Of a DNA stretch of 64,000 nucleotides, positions 11,900 to 23,805 are shown in pieces. The notes under the pieces were generated by a model. It did no database searches. It had not been told where the DNA came from and was given only the letters and a program-made list of their open reading frames with translations. The position numbers were made by a program, and so were the translations under genes. Position 1 is the stretch's first letter; every line of letters starts with the position of its first letter. The stretch is taken from contig MU058065.1 of the NCBI GenBank assembly GCA_013265495.1, positions 2,085,003-2,149,002 on the forward strand. Reading direction: 5' to 3'. The stretch is from Vicugna vicugna. Its lineage: Eukaryota.

Positions 11900-12844
11900 A
11901 AGGATTTAGCTAGGAATGGAATCAATATGTGCATATTGTTGGCCAATATGATTGGGAAGGGCATCAAACATAACCTAATCTTTATTGACTAAATAATATG
12001 GAAACACATTCCTTAGAAAATGAGTTTTCTGCAGTCTCAGTCCTTCAGAGATCACCACCAGTAACAGCGTGGAGTGTATTCTTCCAGAGTCCTTCTGTGC
12101 AGACATTAAAATAAATGTAATGTGCCTGTCCCCATGCATGTGTATTTCATACGGAAATATGACTCTCTATAATCTTGCTCTGTAACTTGTTTATTCAGTT
12201 ACCAAGCATCTTAAGTAGCATCACTTTAAAAATAAATCTTGAAATTAGAATAGATGAATATTGCCTGAAAACTGTACTGAAGAGCACTGGATCTGATTAG
12301 ATTTTTAAAGAAGCACGAGGGAGAAATTAAAAAGACACTGATGATGATGCTGTCTGGAACCACTTATTAGAATAAATTATTCCATTTTTTTAGAAAGTAA
12401 AAATAATGCTGGTACAGAATTAGAGATGATATGAACTTGTTAATTGCAGGGATCACCAGCTGACAACTGATGAAACATGATATTGCTTCGGGGTCCACCT
12501 GTGTCACAGTCCCAAGGGGGGGTCCCGTTTTTACATTATTTTCAGGTATTTGAAGGGGTTCAATTAGAGCAGAAATTATTAGAGAGGGTGGAATAAACAT
12601 TAGATTAAGAACTGAAATTAGAACAAATTCAACCATACCTGCTTTAAATTTTGCCCTTGTTGCCTCTGAAATCTATTTTTTAAAACTAGTTGTGATTATT
12701 AAATATTCATATTCTACACTATTAATTTAATGGATGATTAAACTGGAGCCATTGAGGTCAAAGGTTGAGGACCTGTGGGTAGTAGAAATTAAAGAGCTGA
12801 AATCACTCTCTCCTCTCTCTCAGCCAAGCCTTCTTTTTGGTTAA

Positions 12845-13215
12845 ACATTTATCATTTTGAAATAATTACAAATAATTACAGATTCACCAAAAATGTTGCA
12901 AAAATATTACAGAGAGAGCCTGTGTACCAACCAGCCAGCTTCCCCCAATAGTAACTAACATCTGACATTACTACAGTACATTATCAAAACCAGGAAAGCC
13001 ATTATTTTCTTGATGTGTATGTGTTTGTAGTTCTATGGCATTTTATTCCACGTGTAGATTTTGTAACCACAACAGCAATCAAGATACAGAACTGCTCTGC
13101 TACACTGGGAACAGCCTAGTGTTACCTCTTTACTGTCACACTTCTCCCTCCTTCTCAAAACCCTAGCAACCCTCATCTATTCTCCATTTCTATAATTTTG
13201 TCATCTCTATAATTT
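12845..13215 (-). mobile_element. Old L1MC-type 3' end
   Basis: ttttgaaataattacagattcac...gttgcaaaaat...agcttcccccaatagtaac...caatcaagatacagaac. Confidence 0.75.
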
Positions 13216-13444
13216 TCCCTTTAAACCATCCTTCACTACCTGGAAATCAGTATTCATGGAGCAGATCTTCTCTGAAATGTCTCTCCAGTCTTTCTGTCTT
13301 TCCGCTTTTGAGGCCCAAAGTTCTTTGATCCAATCAGCCATAAAGGTCCCAGATTTTCAGTGGCTGATACTGCAAGAAGTAAAGCAAGATCTATCGGCAA
13401 TAATCTAATGCGAACAGGAACCTGACTCAACTTGTTTCACCAAT

Positions 13445-13905
13445 CTATTTCCAGGGCTGCCGCAATTAAGTACCGCTGAGTGGTTTAAACAACAGAAAAC
13501 AACAGAAGTTTGTTGTTCCACAGTTCTGGGGACTAGAAGTCCTAGATCAAAGTGTTGGCTGGGCCATGTTCCCTCTGAAGGCATCAGGGAAAGATCCGTT
13601 CCATGCGTCTTGCCTAACTTCTGGTAGATCCCTGGTTTATGGCACCATAACTCCGATCTTCACGTGATATTCTCCCTGTGGGTGTCTTCATATCATCTTC
13701 CCTCCATATGCGTGCCTCTCTGTGTCCCGATTTCCCCTTCTTATAAGAACACCAGTCATTTTGGATTAGGGCCTACTCTAATGACCCTATTATAACTTGA
13801 TTACCTCTGTAATGAGTCTATCTCCAAATAAGGTCACCTTCTGAGTGACTGAAGGTTAGGACTCCCATGACTCTTTTTTGTGGGGTCACAATTCAACTCA
13901 TAACT
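13445..13905 (-). mobile_element. MLT1C-like MaLR solo LTR
   Basis: agggctgccgcaat...ttaaacaacagaa...cagttctggggactagaagtcc...tccaaataaggtcaccttctgag...cacaattcaactcataac; about 460 bp. Confidence 0.85.
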
Positions 13906-14472
13906 ACCAACATTCAGGAAACGTGCTTAAGATACGCTAGTAAACAGAGAATAGGGAAAGTAAATGTAGAAGCAGTAGCAGAAAAATCAGGGACTGTGGA
14001 TGAGAGTACTTCCTAACTTTTACAATGAATAATCTCTGAATCACAGGATTTGACCTGAAAGGAGATGGGGCCCGATGTAGCATCCTTCACTTGGACCCCT
14101 GAGTGTCCCCCACCCCCAGTGGTGACTCCATATGGTAACTCCAGGAAGCAAGTGCTCCATTGCTCAGATCTGTGGACCAAATCTGAATGTAGATAAGGTG
14201 GACTCAGAGCAGACTTTACATATACCTAGAGGAGGCAGAAGAGAAATAAATCCAGAAGCTCATGGATAAAGTTTAGAAGCAGCATGTTTTAAAAAGAGTA
14301 AATTTCAGATCCTACCCAGCTGTGTCTTTCACAACAGAAACAAGAACTGACATAGAGGGCTAAGCGGGCTGCAAAGAGGGGGATCTTTCTCATTTAGACA
14401 TGATCATGAAGGTGTCATGATGTCTCAGTGATGGCTTCCAGGTGACCTACTCCACACAGTGCCTTAGGATGT

Positions 14473-14878
14473 TGTTATGGACTGAATGTTTGTGTCCCCC
14501 TCCCACAAATTCATATGTTGAAGCTTTAACTCCCCATGTGGCTATATTTGGATACAGATTTTCTAAGGATGTAATTAAGGTTAAATGAGGTCATAAGGAT
14601 GGAGCCCTGATCCAAAAGGATTAGTGCCCTTATAAAAAGACACACCAGAGAGCTCTGTCTTCCTTTCTCTCTCCCCAAGTACATGCACAGAAGAAAGAGT
14701 ATGTGAAGACTCAGAGAGAAGGTAGCCATCTGCAAGCCAGGAAAAGAGTTCTCACCAGAAACTGAATCTGTGGGCACCTTGATTAGACTCCTGGCTTCCA
14801 GGACTGTGAGAAAACAAATGTTGTTTAAGCCATTCAACCTGTAGAATTTGGTTATGGTAGTCTGAGCAGATTCATACA
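14473..14878 (+). mobile_element. MLT1A-like MaLR solo LTR
   Basis: TG...CA ends (tgttatggactgaatgtttgtgtccccc ... gcagattcataca) with perfect 5-bp TSD GATGT (14468-14472, 14879-14883). Confidence 0.92.
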
Positions 14879-15749
14879 GATGTATACTCCTCTGCTCCAA
14901 AGGATGGGCACAATTTCACCAAAGAAATCCCGCAGCCTCTCAGAATGTGGAGGCGCCATCTTCACAGCCCTCACCTGGGAACTGCTGCCTACATGGTGAT
15001 ACCTGCAAGGTGAACCCCAAAAAGATCCCCTCCCTGCAGCTCACTTGGGTTCTATGTAAGTTCTTGTTTCTATTACAAGAGACTCACTTCTCTCCTAGTT
15101 AACTTGGGAAATGACCTCACTCTTCCAATGAGTGGCCGCCTCCCCAGAAGTGGTCCAAGAACATAGGAGCTCTCTAACTCTACGGTAAACATAAGCTCTA
15201 GGCAGCAAGTCTTGAATGCCTGAAATAAAAATGGAAGACCTAGTTTTCCAATAGGATGACTCAGCTTTTTGTTTACTTACTTAAGCTAATTTGTTTCAAG
15301 TTAGAATAATTGCTGAACTCAGACTAATAGACTGTAGACATAAAGAGATACCACGTCTTCTGGGACATTCTCTAGAGGCAGTAGGCAATGAAGATGGGAG
15401 AACTTTTAAAATGTGTTCTTCTCAAAACCGGTTTTGAAAATGGGCAATTCCTCTGGTATTTTCTACTTTCTGTCATTTTCTAACTTTTCATGTTTCCCAT
15501 TCACTAGATTTAAAATAAAGCAAAATATTAAATAATGCCAAAAATAAAAGTTAAACATGTAAGGTAAAGACTTTTTTTTTTTAAATTGCACTTCTAAAAG
15601 GCATTAAGGGGACATGGCAAATAAAACTTATTGATCATGTTATCTATAATTTACTGAGTACTCAATTTGACTCAGGTACTGTTCAAGCATTTTATGTGAA
15701 TATGCTTATTTCATCATAAAATCAGGGAATCTTAAAAACAGGAGACGCA

Positions 15750-15910
15750 GGGGAGGGCATAGCTCAGTGGTAGAGCACATGCTTAGCATGCACAAGGTCC
15801 TGGATTCAATCCCCGGCACCACCATTAAAAAAGTAAGTAAATCAATAAATAAACCTAGTTACCTCCTCCCTTCAAAAAACAAATAAAATAAAAATAAAGT
15901 AAATAAATCT
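15750..15910 (+). mobile_element. Camelid tRNA-Ala-derived SINE (Vic-1-like)
   Basis: ggggagggcatagctcagtggtagagcacatgcttagcatgcacaaggtcctggattcaatcccc, then an AT-rich segment and A tail. Confidence 0.93.
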
Positions 15911-16446
15911 ATTAAAATTATTTTTTTAAATGGAATATGGCATGGAGGGATTTACAGCACTTTAGGAGTTTTGCAGAACAGTGGGTTTTGCGTGGCAAAG
16001 TAGGTGGCTGAAATTATCACACAGAAATAAAAAAGATTCAGGAAAGAACAAAGACCTATAGAACATTTAGAGAACAATGTACATTGATTTGAACAACTCT
16101 GAGATGCAGGGAATTTAAAAGAAAATGTGACTATAATGATACTATTTTTAGCTCTTTTGATGCCCTGGGTCTTGGAATAGGGAAGGTTTCGAAAAAGAAA
16201 ACTTGTGAACTTTGATACAACTGGAAAAAATAACAACTCTTTGGGGAGATTAGGGGAATAAAGGCTATTTTGAGGAATGCCAGAGATTATGGGGCATGCC
16301 CCTGAGAGTGGGATACCTAACCGAGGCCGGATCCCCCCACAGGTCACCCCGCTCTCACTCAGCCTGGTAGACTGCCAAGGAAAGTCCGTGCAAGGACAGC
16401 TGCCTGGTAGAATAAAGGGCTGAAAATGTTTTACAACTCATACCGA

Positions 16447-16690
16447 CTTTTTAAAAAGCTTTTTATTTTGAACTAATTATAGACTCACAAGAAGCTGCAA
16501 AGACTGTACAGAAAAGTCCCATGTTTCCTTTATTCAGCTTTCCCCAGTGTTAGCATCTTACACAGGAAGGTTTTGTAACAAAACCAAGAAATTGGCATTG
16601 GCAGAATACAGTAAGCCAAACAATACAATGAACAGATCTTACTTGGATTTAACCAGTTTTTATCTGCATTTTGTTATGTACACAGTTCCA
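16447..16690 (-). mobile_element. Old L1MC-type 3' end
   Basis: ttttattttgaactaattatagactcacaagaagctgcaaag...aaaaccaagaaattggcattgg. Confidence 0.7.
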
Positions 16691-17439
16691 TATGCACTTT
16701 TTTTTTGGATTAACATTTGCAAGTTGAAAATACTTAATACAAGCTCCCAAAATCTTAATGGGCAATGTCTTTAGTACTTGCCCTCTCTTCCTCCCTCCTC
16801 CCTCCTTTCTTTCCTCACTCTCTCTCTCTCTTTTCCTCCCTGGCTTCCATCCCTCCACACTGAGAACCAGTTTAGCACCAGGCACCTGTGCTCTGTATTG
16901 GAAAGATTGTAAGGCAGACAGGCCTGGCTGTTCAGATCCTTTCTAAGCTTTCTGATGAGTTTTCCAGCCTTCTTTCTCCTCCAACTTGCTCATCCTTATA
17001 CACCTCCAGATGACTCCTCCTAGAACAGTTCTTACTCTCACTGCTTCCCTTACTAAAGAATTTTTAGGAAAAAACTCTTCTTCACCAACAGAACTAACCA
17101 GTGTGGTACATGTTTGGTCCACCATTATGAAATCTACCCTCTAGGCTAATTCTACAAAGTGCCATTCTCCATCCTCTCTGCCTGTTTTCACCTCCTCTTA
17201 CTCTAGTCCTCTGGAATGCCACCTCCATGATGAATTTTCTCCTGATCTCTCCAAGCAGATGCAACTTCTTTCTTTAACTGCGCCCGCCTGCAAGCATTTT
17301 GTTTGCAGTTCTTTCCTGTTTATTTTCTCCACCTTGTTTGGTGGGTCCATTCCTGCTGCTAGAGCATACCCTCCTCTTTCAGGACAGAGAATCTGCCTCA
17401 TCTTCTTTCATTTTTTCATTCATATCTGGAGCAGGAACC

Positions 17440-17650
17440 TGGATTTGGGGTCAAAACAGGTCTTCACAACCCCTCCTCCTCTCAGTTTCCGCCCCTCTGT
17501 GACCTGTAGCAAGATGCCCTATGAGGTGGAAAAATAGCTCCAAGTCTCTGGGGCTGATGATCCTACATCATGGGGCCTGCAATGAAACCATGTACGCGGA
17601 TGCCGCCCACAGGGCCTGGCAGAGGAGATACTTGTAAAAATAAATCATCA
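17440..17650 (+). mobile_element. Degraded MIR
   Basis: ctggatttggggtcaaaac...ctcagtttcc...gaaaccatgtacg...agggcctggcaga. Confidence 0.4.
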
Positions 17651-18609
17651 AGTATGGAGAGAAAATGATCTTTCTAAAAAAAGAGAAAGGAGAGTTTCTA
17701 AATATGGCTGTCTTCCAATGAATGAGAGGTGCCTGGTTAATGATCACTCCGAAAAGCCTAAAACCAGTGTCAAGTTCAGAATCCTCTGCCAGTTAGAGTC
17801 ATTCTGAGAGAGCTGCCGCCACTAACTCTTGGCCACACAATCTGGGAATGACACTGTCAGGCTGAAGAGCAGAGACTCCCAACTCATTTTCTCCCCATAC
17901 ATTATTTCTCAGGGTCCAAAATAGCAGGATCACTTAGATCCACTTCCTGCCCCCCTCCCCTCCGTACACCTGCGTATTTTCCTCGTGCAGAACCAGGTGA
18001 GGGCTACACACCCCTGCCTGTCCTCTTTGGAAGTAACTGGTGGAGTCACTTATTTGTTTCCAATTCAAGGAAAGACTTGGCTTAGGATTTGCATATCTGT
18101 CACCTAATTTGCATCTTATGCATAAGTCTTTCTTTTATTACCCTGAAAAGTTGAGTTGCATCTATACTCATTTTTATCTCTTTAAGGGTGTGCAAGACCT
18201 CCATTTTACCAGAACTGAATGGAGTCTTGGAGGTACAGGCAGTTCTCTGTGTTGTAAACCATTAGGGTTAACTTCATGCCCACCTTCTTACTCAAAGGGC
18301 CAGGAATTACTTACTATGTAAGGAGTGTGCCAGGTCGCCAACTGGTCTGGCTGGAGCCCTCTGCAAAGATGACAATGATTCCAGAACTTGGAAGCCAAAT
18401 ATAATGTGGCTGGCCTCCAGCGATCTGGAAAACAGTTTAGAGGTTACTTGTGAGGCTGATAAAGTTGTTCTACCAGAAGGCCAAGATCATGTAATTTGCC
18501 CTTGGGAAACTTATGGGTCTTGTACCAAAAAAGTTTGTGTAGAAATGAACATTCAAGGACCTTGCTCTTCTCTCTATTGTTACTGTAACAATGAGATAAT
18601 GATATGAAT

Positions 18610-18835
18610 AACAACTACTGTGAACCAAAGGCTCATCTCGTCCCCAACCTTATACTAAGTACTTTATATTCTTTCTCCTGGAAGTTCTCACAGCATCTCT
18701 ATGTTAGTCTCATTTTTATAAATGAGGAGCCCAAGTTTAAAAACTTTAAGTAACTTGTCTGAAATCACAAGGTTACTAAGGTTCTGAGTGAGGATGTAAA
18801 CCTGAGATTCTCTATAGGCCATGTCTTAACCATTG
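18610..18835 (-). mobile_element. MIR
   Basis: ctcattttataaatgaggagcccaag...taagtaacttgtctgaaatcacaagg. Confidence 0.7.
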
Positions 18836-18959
18836 TCATCTCATACATAACATTTTCTCAAATACTTAAAGTAAGACTCCAAGTTAATTAAATGATTTCA
18901 TCCTTACTTGCTTTTCTTTCTTTTAAAAGTAAATATTTTTGTGCTATTATGGGGAAAAT

Positions 18960-19165
18960 ATCAAACTTACTGAGCGTCTCCTATGAGTCAGGCACTGCGG
19001 TGGACACATCCACTTGCTTTATCTCATTTACTCCAAATAATCACACTTGTAGGTAGGCATTGTTATCTCCATGCTTAAAGACATGAAAAAACAAGTGATC
19101 AGAGAGGCCAAGTAACCTGCCCATGATTACACAGCCAACACGAGGCAGAGAGCCAAGATGTGGGC
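18960..19165 (-). mobile_element. MIR
   Basis: ttactgagcgtctcctatgagtcaggcactg...agagaggccaagtaacctgcccatgattacacagc. Confidence 0.8.
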
Positions 19166-19929
19166 TCTTTCTGCAGAAAACAACACAGTAATATCTTCCT
19201 GAAGAAATTTTTAGAGGGACCCCATGTGTCCATTAAAGTTCAAAGTTCACTCTTCACACTCCAAATTCTTTTCCTCAGTATTGATTGGCTTGGTGATTTT
19301 AATAAATCATCCCAATAATTTCTTGGGATGTGCTTTGGAGCTAGGCAGCATGGTCAGGGGTAGACATTTCTCACTGATGCCTGATTTTTTTAAAGTTTCC
19401 AAAATTATTGTTGTTTATAAGAGGCTTTATTATACCTTTTGCTTCATGACTAAAATTTTACAACATTCTTAGAAATACGTGGGTTGGTAACTCCAAATTT
19501 AAAATCTGTACAGCATGGGTAAAAATCTAACTTTTACTCTGAAAAGAGACCAAAACTAGATGAGGGGGATTTTTATGCACCCTAAGGAATGGTGAATAAT
19601 TTGAAATTCAAGTGGCTTTCTCTTTCCTGAACTAATACATAGCCTTTGCGTGAAACTTAACACTTGTCCTTTGAAGAGACTGGTAGAACTGAGGAATATT
19701 TGCTGATTCCCTGATACCTAATGTGATGCCACGTACACAGCTGACACTTGGCAAATTATGGATGGTTAGGCCTTTTTCTCCACTCAAGCCAACGCTGCTA
19801 ATCTATGCCTTATAGTAATGGGGTTCACCTATACCGAATAAAACCATATTCCCCGAAATACCACCATCTAGGCTACATGGCGAGAGGTGGTTCCTTCTTT
19901 CAAAACCAGCTGCTTAAAGGGGTTCAGCT

Positions 19930-20025
19930 CTACCAGAATTTCTCCAACTGTGGATCAAGAACAATTTATATCAAAATTCTCTGGCATGTGTGTTAGAATG
20001 CAGATTCCTCGGCCCCCTTCAGAAG
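19930..20025. mobile_element. MER5A-like fragment
   Basis: ttctccaactgtggatc...tgttagaatgcagattcctcggcccc. Confidence 0.55.
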
Positions 20026-20383
20026 CTTTGCTGTGGGAGGGTTCTTCTGGAGAGTGAAGTTTCAGACTGTGTCTTCTACACAAACTCCTCCTGTCCCGCC
20101 TTCCCCCTCATTTTAACCCTACAAAAGGAAAGTCTTATTGCATGTGAGAAAACAAATTTGTAAAGAATAATTATATATCTTTTCACCACGTTCGGTTCCT
20201 CTTTAGTAATCCTTTATGTGTCAACACTCAGCTTCTGATTTTCTCTGCAAAGGTGTCACGAGGGATGTCTAAATACACAGACAGTTCAGCAAATATAATT
20301 TGAAAAGTTTAATTCGGCCAACACCTTGGACCCTCATCAGCATGAAAACTTCGATAGTTTTTAATAAGTAGCAAATTTGAAAT

Positions 20384-20617
20384 ATTTTTCTCTTTTATTG
20401 AAATATATTTAATTTACAATATTATATTAGTGTCAGATGTACAGCATGGTGATTTCATATTTTTACAGATTACCTTCCATTAAAAGTTATAAGATAATGA
20501 CTCGAATTCCCTCTGCTATACAATATGCCCTTGTTGCTTATTTATTTTTTCATTGTATTTTTTATTGAAGTGTAATTGATCTACAATGTTAGTTTCAGGT
20601 ATACAGTAAAGTGATGT
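20384..20617 (-). mobile_element. Two tandem L1 3' termini (older lineage L1)
   Basis: ttttattgaa...tacaat...ttag...tacag...gtgat occurs twice (~20393 and ~20558); flanked by AAATTTGAAAT at 20373-20383 and 20618-20628. Confidence 0.8.
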
Positions 20618-21149
20618 AAATTTGAAATGTGGATCCATCATCCCTTTAAAGACATTCTTCTGATGCCAATTTCCAACAAAAGTGTACAACCTAGGGATTC
20701 AGATGAGAGAATGGTTCTTTACACTCGTGCGTGTGTCCTGTCACAAGGGCTCAGTGAGGAATATTGCACTGGATGTAACTGGGTAGGAGACCAGTCTGTA
20801 TTCCTCTGTCCAGGGTAATTTTGTTCTTTCTCGTATATAAAAGTACAGGAGATTCCTTTGGGGCACTTTGCAATTTCTGAGACTGTCTCCCCTGGAGATA
20901 GTAAGTGTTGACCTGAACACTTTCCCGTTGGCTGAATCAAAATGCTGGGCGTAGGGAGAACGATTAAGCCTGAAAGTGATACAGAGCCTTTCCCAGCCTC
21001 CACGGGGTGTAGCCGGCTCTGTTTTTCTGCATTTGCTGGTGGAAATAGGGTGGAGTGTGATTGGAAGGCCAAGCCATACTCTGTAGTTAAGCCTGCAGTT
21101 AATGTGGGGGCCAGCGGCCAACTTTTCCCAAATTCAGGGAAGCTGAACT

Positions 21150-21272
21150 TCAGTTGTCAGAGCCGGCGAGCCCTGATTTACGGCTCAGCTGGAGAGACAC
21201 TGCGCTGCGCCGTAATTAAAGCCACGGGAACTGTTTCTGTCATGAAGGAACTGTTTTACGGCCACTTCCTCT
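21150..21272. promoter_or_regulatory. Candidate enhancer: HOX/PBX, MEIS, E-box and ETS motif cluster
   Basis: TGATTTACGG 21174-21183, CAGCTG 21186-21191, TAATTA 21213-21218, CTGTCA 21237-21242, TTTTACGG 21254-21261, CACTTCCT 21263-21270; about 8 retained CpGs in 100 bp of non-repeat DNA. Confidence 0.5.
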
Positions 21273-21849
21273 CTGCCCCTCCTCAAAAAACCCCAAACCA
21301 AACCAAATCCAAACAACCCCCTACCCAGAACTCCAGAAATAGGCATCGCAACATGCCTTAATAATATGATACCCTTGCTAACCGGGTGTTCAGAAGAAAT
21401 ACTCCCACTTCCTAAATGGCATGTCATTGGCAAAATGTATTTTTCTTTCTAAGAATAACTGAGAAGGGGCTTTTTATGACTTTTAACAAGTGAGGTGAGA
21501 AAAGTCACACATTTCTGCCCAAATCTCTTTCCAGGTAGATGATAGCATTTCAGTGGGTTATTCTTTCTTCAAAGGGTGTCTTTAAGTCAGTAAGTTGGGC
21601 AGTCACGGAGTGTTAGACTGTCTCTCACTCTCCCATAAATACACCCCAACCCACCTCCTGGGGCCCCCTTGACTGTCTCTATCATTAAGTAACTCACCTG
21701 TTCAAAACCTTTGATTCCTTATTATCCAGTCTCCTCGAATTTATGATATTCCATAATCCAGCCACATTCTATGGTCAATAGTTCTTTCTGCTTTTTTCTT
21801 GTTAGATACTTCTCTTGCTTAAATAATGATAAGAATAATAAGTTTAATC

Positions 21850-22045
21850 ATAATAATAAGTATAAGAACAATGCTAATTTTCACGAATGCCTTTTGTTCT
21901 AGACACGACTCTAAGAGCTGAGTTTACTTAACTCTCAGAACAAACTTATGAGTTATTCTGATTAGCTGATTTTTATTGTCTCCATTGAACACATGAGCAA
22001 AATTGGGCTCAGAGTGTTTAAGTAACCTGCTCAAGGTCGCACACC
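21850..22045 (-). mobile_element. MIR
   Basis: tgagcaaaattgggctcagagtgtttaagtaacctgctcaaggtcgcac. Confidence 0.7.
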
Positions 22046-22059
22046 CAGGACTGTTGGAC

Positions 22060-22390
22060 TGTCCTCTGAAACGCAGCACACATCCTGCTGTAACTTTTTC
22101 AAATGTGTTATTCCTCTTGCCTGAAGGGCACTTTTTTTAAATCTCTGTTTATTTAAATCTTACACAACCTTTCAGGCCCACCTCAATTCCTCCCTCCTTT
22201 GAGAAGCCCTTCCTCATGAGTCTAGCTCCCATGGATGTCCCTGTCCTCAGAACCCCCAGAATAGTTCCTTCCTGTGTTCCTATTGTAGGTATCTTGTCTT
22301 GTTTGACCAGAGCTCACATCTTCTGTACCTCCCAGATGTTCTAGCATGGTCCTGGCAACATAGTAGGTGCTCGAAGAAAGATTTCCAATT
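22060..22390 (+). mobile_element. LINE-2 3' end
   Basis: Ends ctagcatggtcctggcaacatagtaggtgctcgaagaaagattt, matching the L2 terminus. Confidence 0.7.
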
Positions 22391-23054
22391 TGTAAATCCA
22401 TCAAAACCAAATACCTACCTGAATGCCCCAAAGCTCTGGCTAAAACAAATGTTTTATGAGTTTTGAATCATGCACAAGGGCACCTCGCTTCTAATGGACT
22501 TCCCAGCCCGTTCAGATGAGTTGATAATTCCCATGCATTGACCTCCAGGCAAGTCAGAAAAGAAGACTTGCACCTTATTTTAATAACAGCAGTAACTTTA
22601 AATGTTTAAAATCATTTTGGGAACTGAATTCAGTTCAGAGCCAAAAGCCATCCTATGTATATTTTTTAAAGGATAATCGAAGTCTCGGTTTTTGCAGGGA
22701 ATTCTAGGGTCTGAGATGGGATTTGACCTTCTTTGTGGAGTGACTAATGCTTCGTTGGGTTCACTGTGTGACAGGTATCCAACAGTTATAAGTATAATGC
22801 TCCAAAAGGATAATATGTCTTGCTTTTCTGCAAGTTACAATCAGTCCGTGGAATTCTTGTCTGACTCCTGGGAACCGCGAGATTTGGGAGAAGGTAAAAT
22901 GTCACCTGGCAAAAATATGAATTTTCCTTTTGGGTTGAGAAATGTGATTGTAGAAAACCAGCAACATCCATTAAATGCTGAAAACTGTGAGGCTCCATTA
23001 AGCATCACGAGGAACTACAAAAAACCGGAAGGGAAGGGTCTTAGACAAGGGCAG

Positions 23055-23419
23055 TATCCTAGTCAGCTCGGCTGCTGTAACAAATACCATGGACTGAGGG
23101 ACTCAACAGACGTTTATTTCTCTCAGTCCTGGAGGCTGGGAAGCCCAAGATCAAGATGCCTGCAGATTCGGTTCCTGGTGAGACTCTTGTCTGCTTGTAG
23201 GTGGCCACTTCCTATGTCCTCAAATGGCAGGGAGAGCGAGATTAGAGGCTTCTCACACCTCTCTCTCTTCGTAGAAGGGCACTAATCCCACCATGGGTGC
23301 TGCACCCCCGTGAGTCCATCTAAATTTATTTACCTCCTGAAGGCTCCAAATACCATCACACTGAGAATTTGGGCTTCAACATATGAATTCTGGGGGACAC
23401 AAGCTTTCAGTCTACTACA
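23055..23419 (-). mobile_element. MLT1A0-like MaLR solo LTR
   Basis: agtcagctcggctgctgtaacaaataccat...ttcaacatatgaattctgggggacac...actaca; TSD GGCAG at 23050-23054 and 23420-23424. Confidence 0.9.
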
Positions 23420-23611
23420 GGCAGGAAGAGAGAGTGAATGAGTAGAGGAGCTGGCCATTCATAAATCCAATCACTTTAATAAGAGAGACAGGAGTACCAA
23501 ATGCTCAGGGTCTTGAGAAGCAGAACAAAGATCTCCCCCTTAGTGCTTTTCAATATCAATCAAGCATCGTTCACACTGAGAGAAGATTTCACCCCATCTC
23601 GAGTTCTGTAT

Positions 23612-23805
23612 AGAGCAGTTCTCAAACTTGGCTGCACCCTAGAATGATCTAGGGATTTCAACAATTTTTTTTTTAATTTAGAAAACAATGCCTGAGTTCA
23701 TTCTCAGACTGACTCAACCAGACTGTCAAGGGTTAGAGTCCAGGAAACTGTACATTTGAAAACTTCCATTCATGATTCTGATGCCCAGTGAGTGCTGACA
23801 ATCTC
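23612..23805. mobile_element. MER5-like MITE
   Basis: gcagttctcaaacttggctgcac...tgattctgatgc. Confidence 0.7.

Noticed and set aside
22692..23285. Longest ORF (197 aa)
   Set aside because: Non-ATG start, no recognisable domain, and its last ~75 codons read through an antisense MLT1A0 LTR
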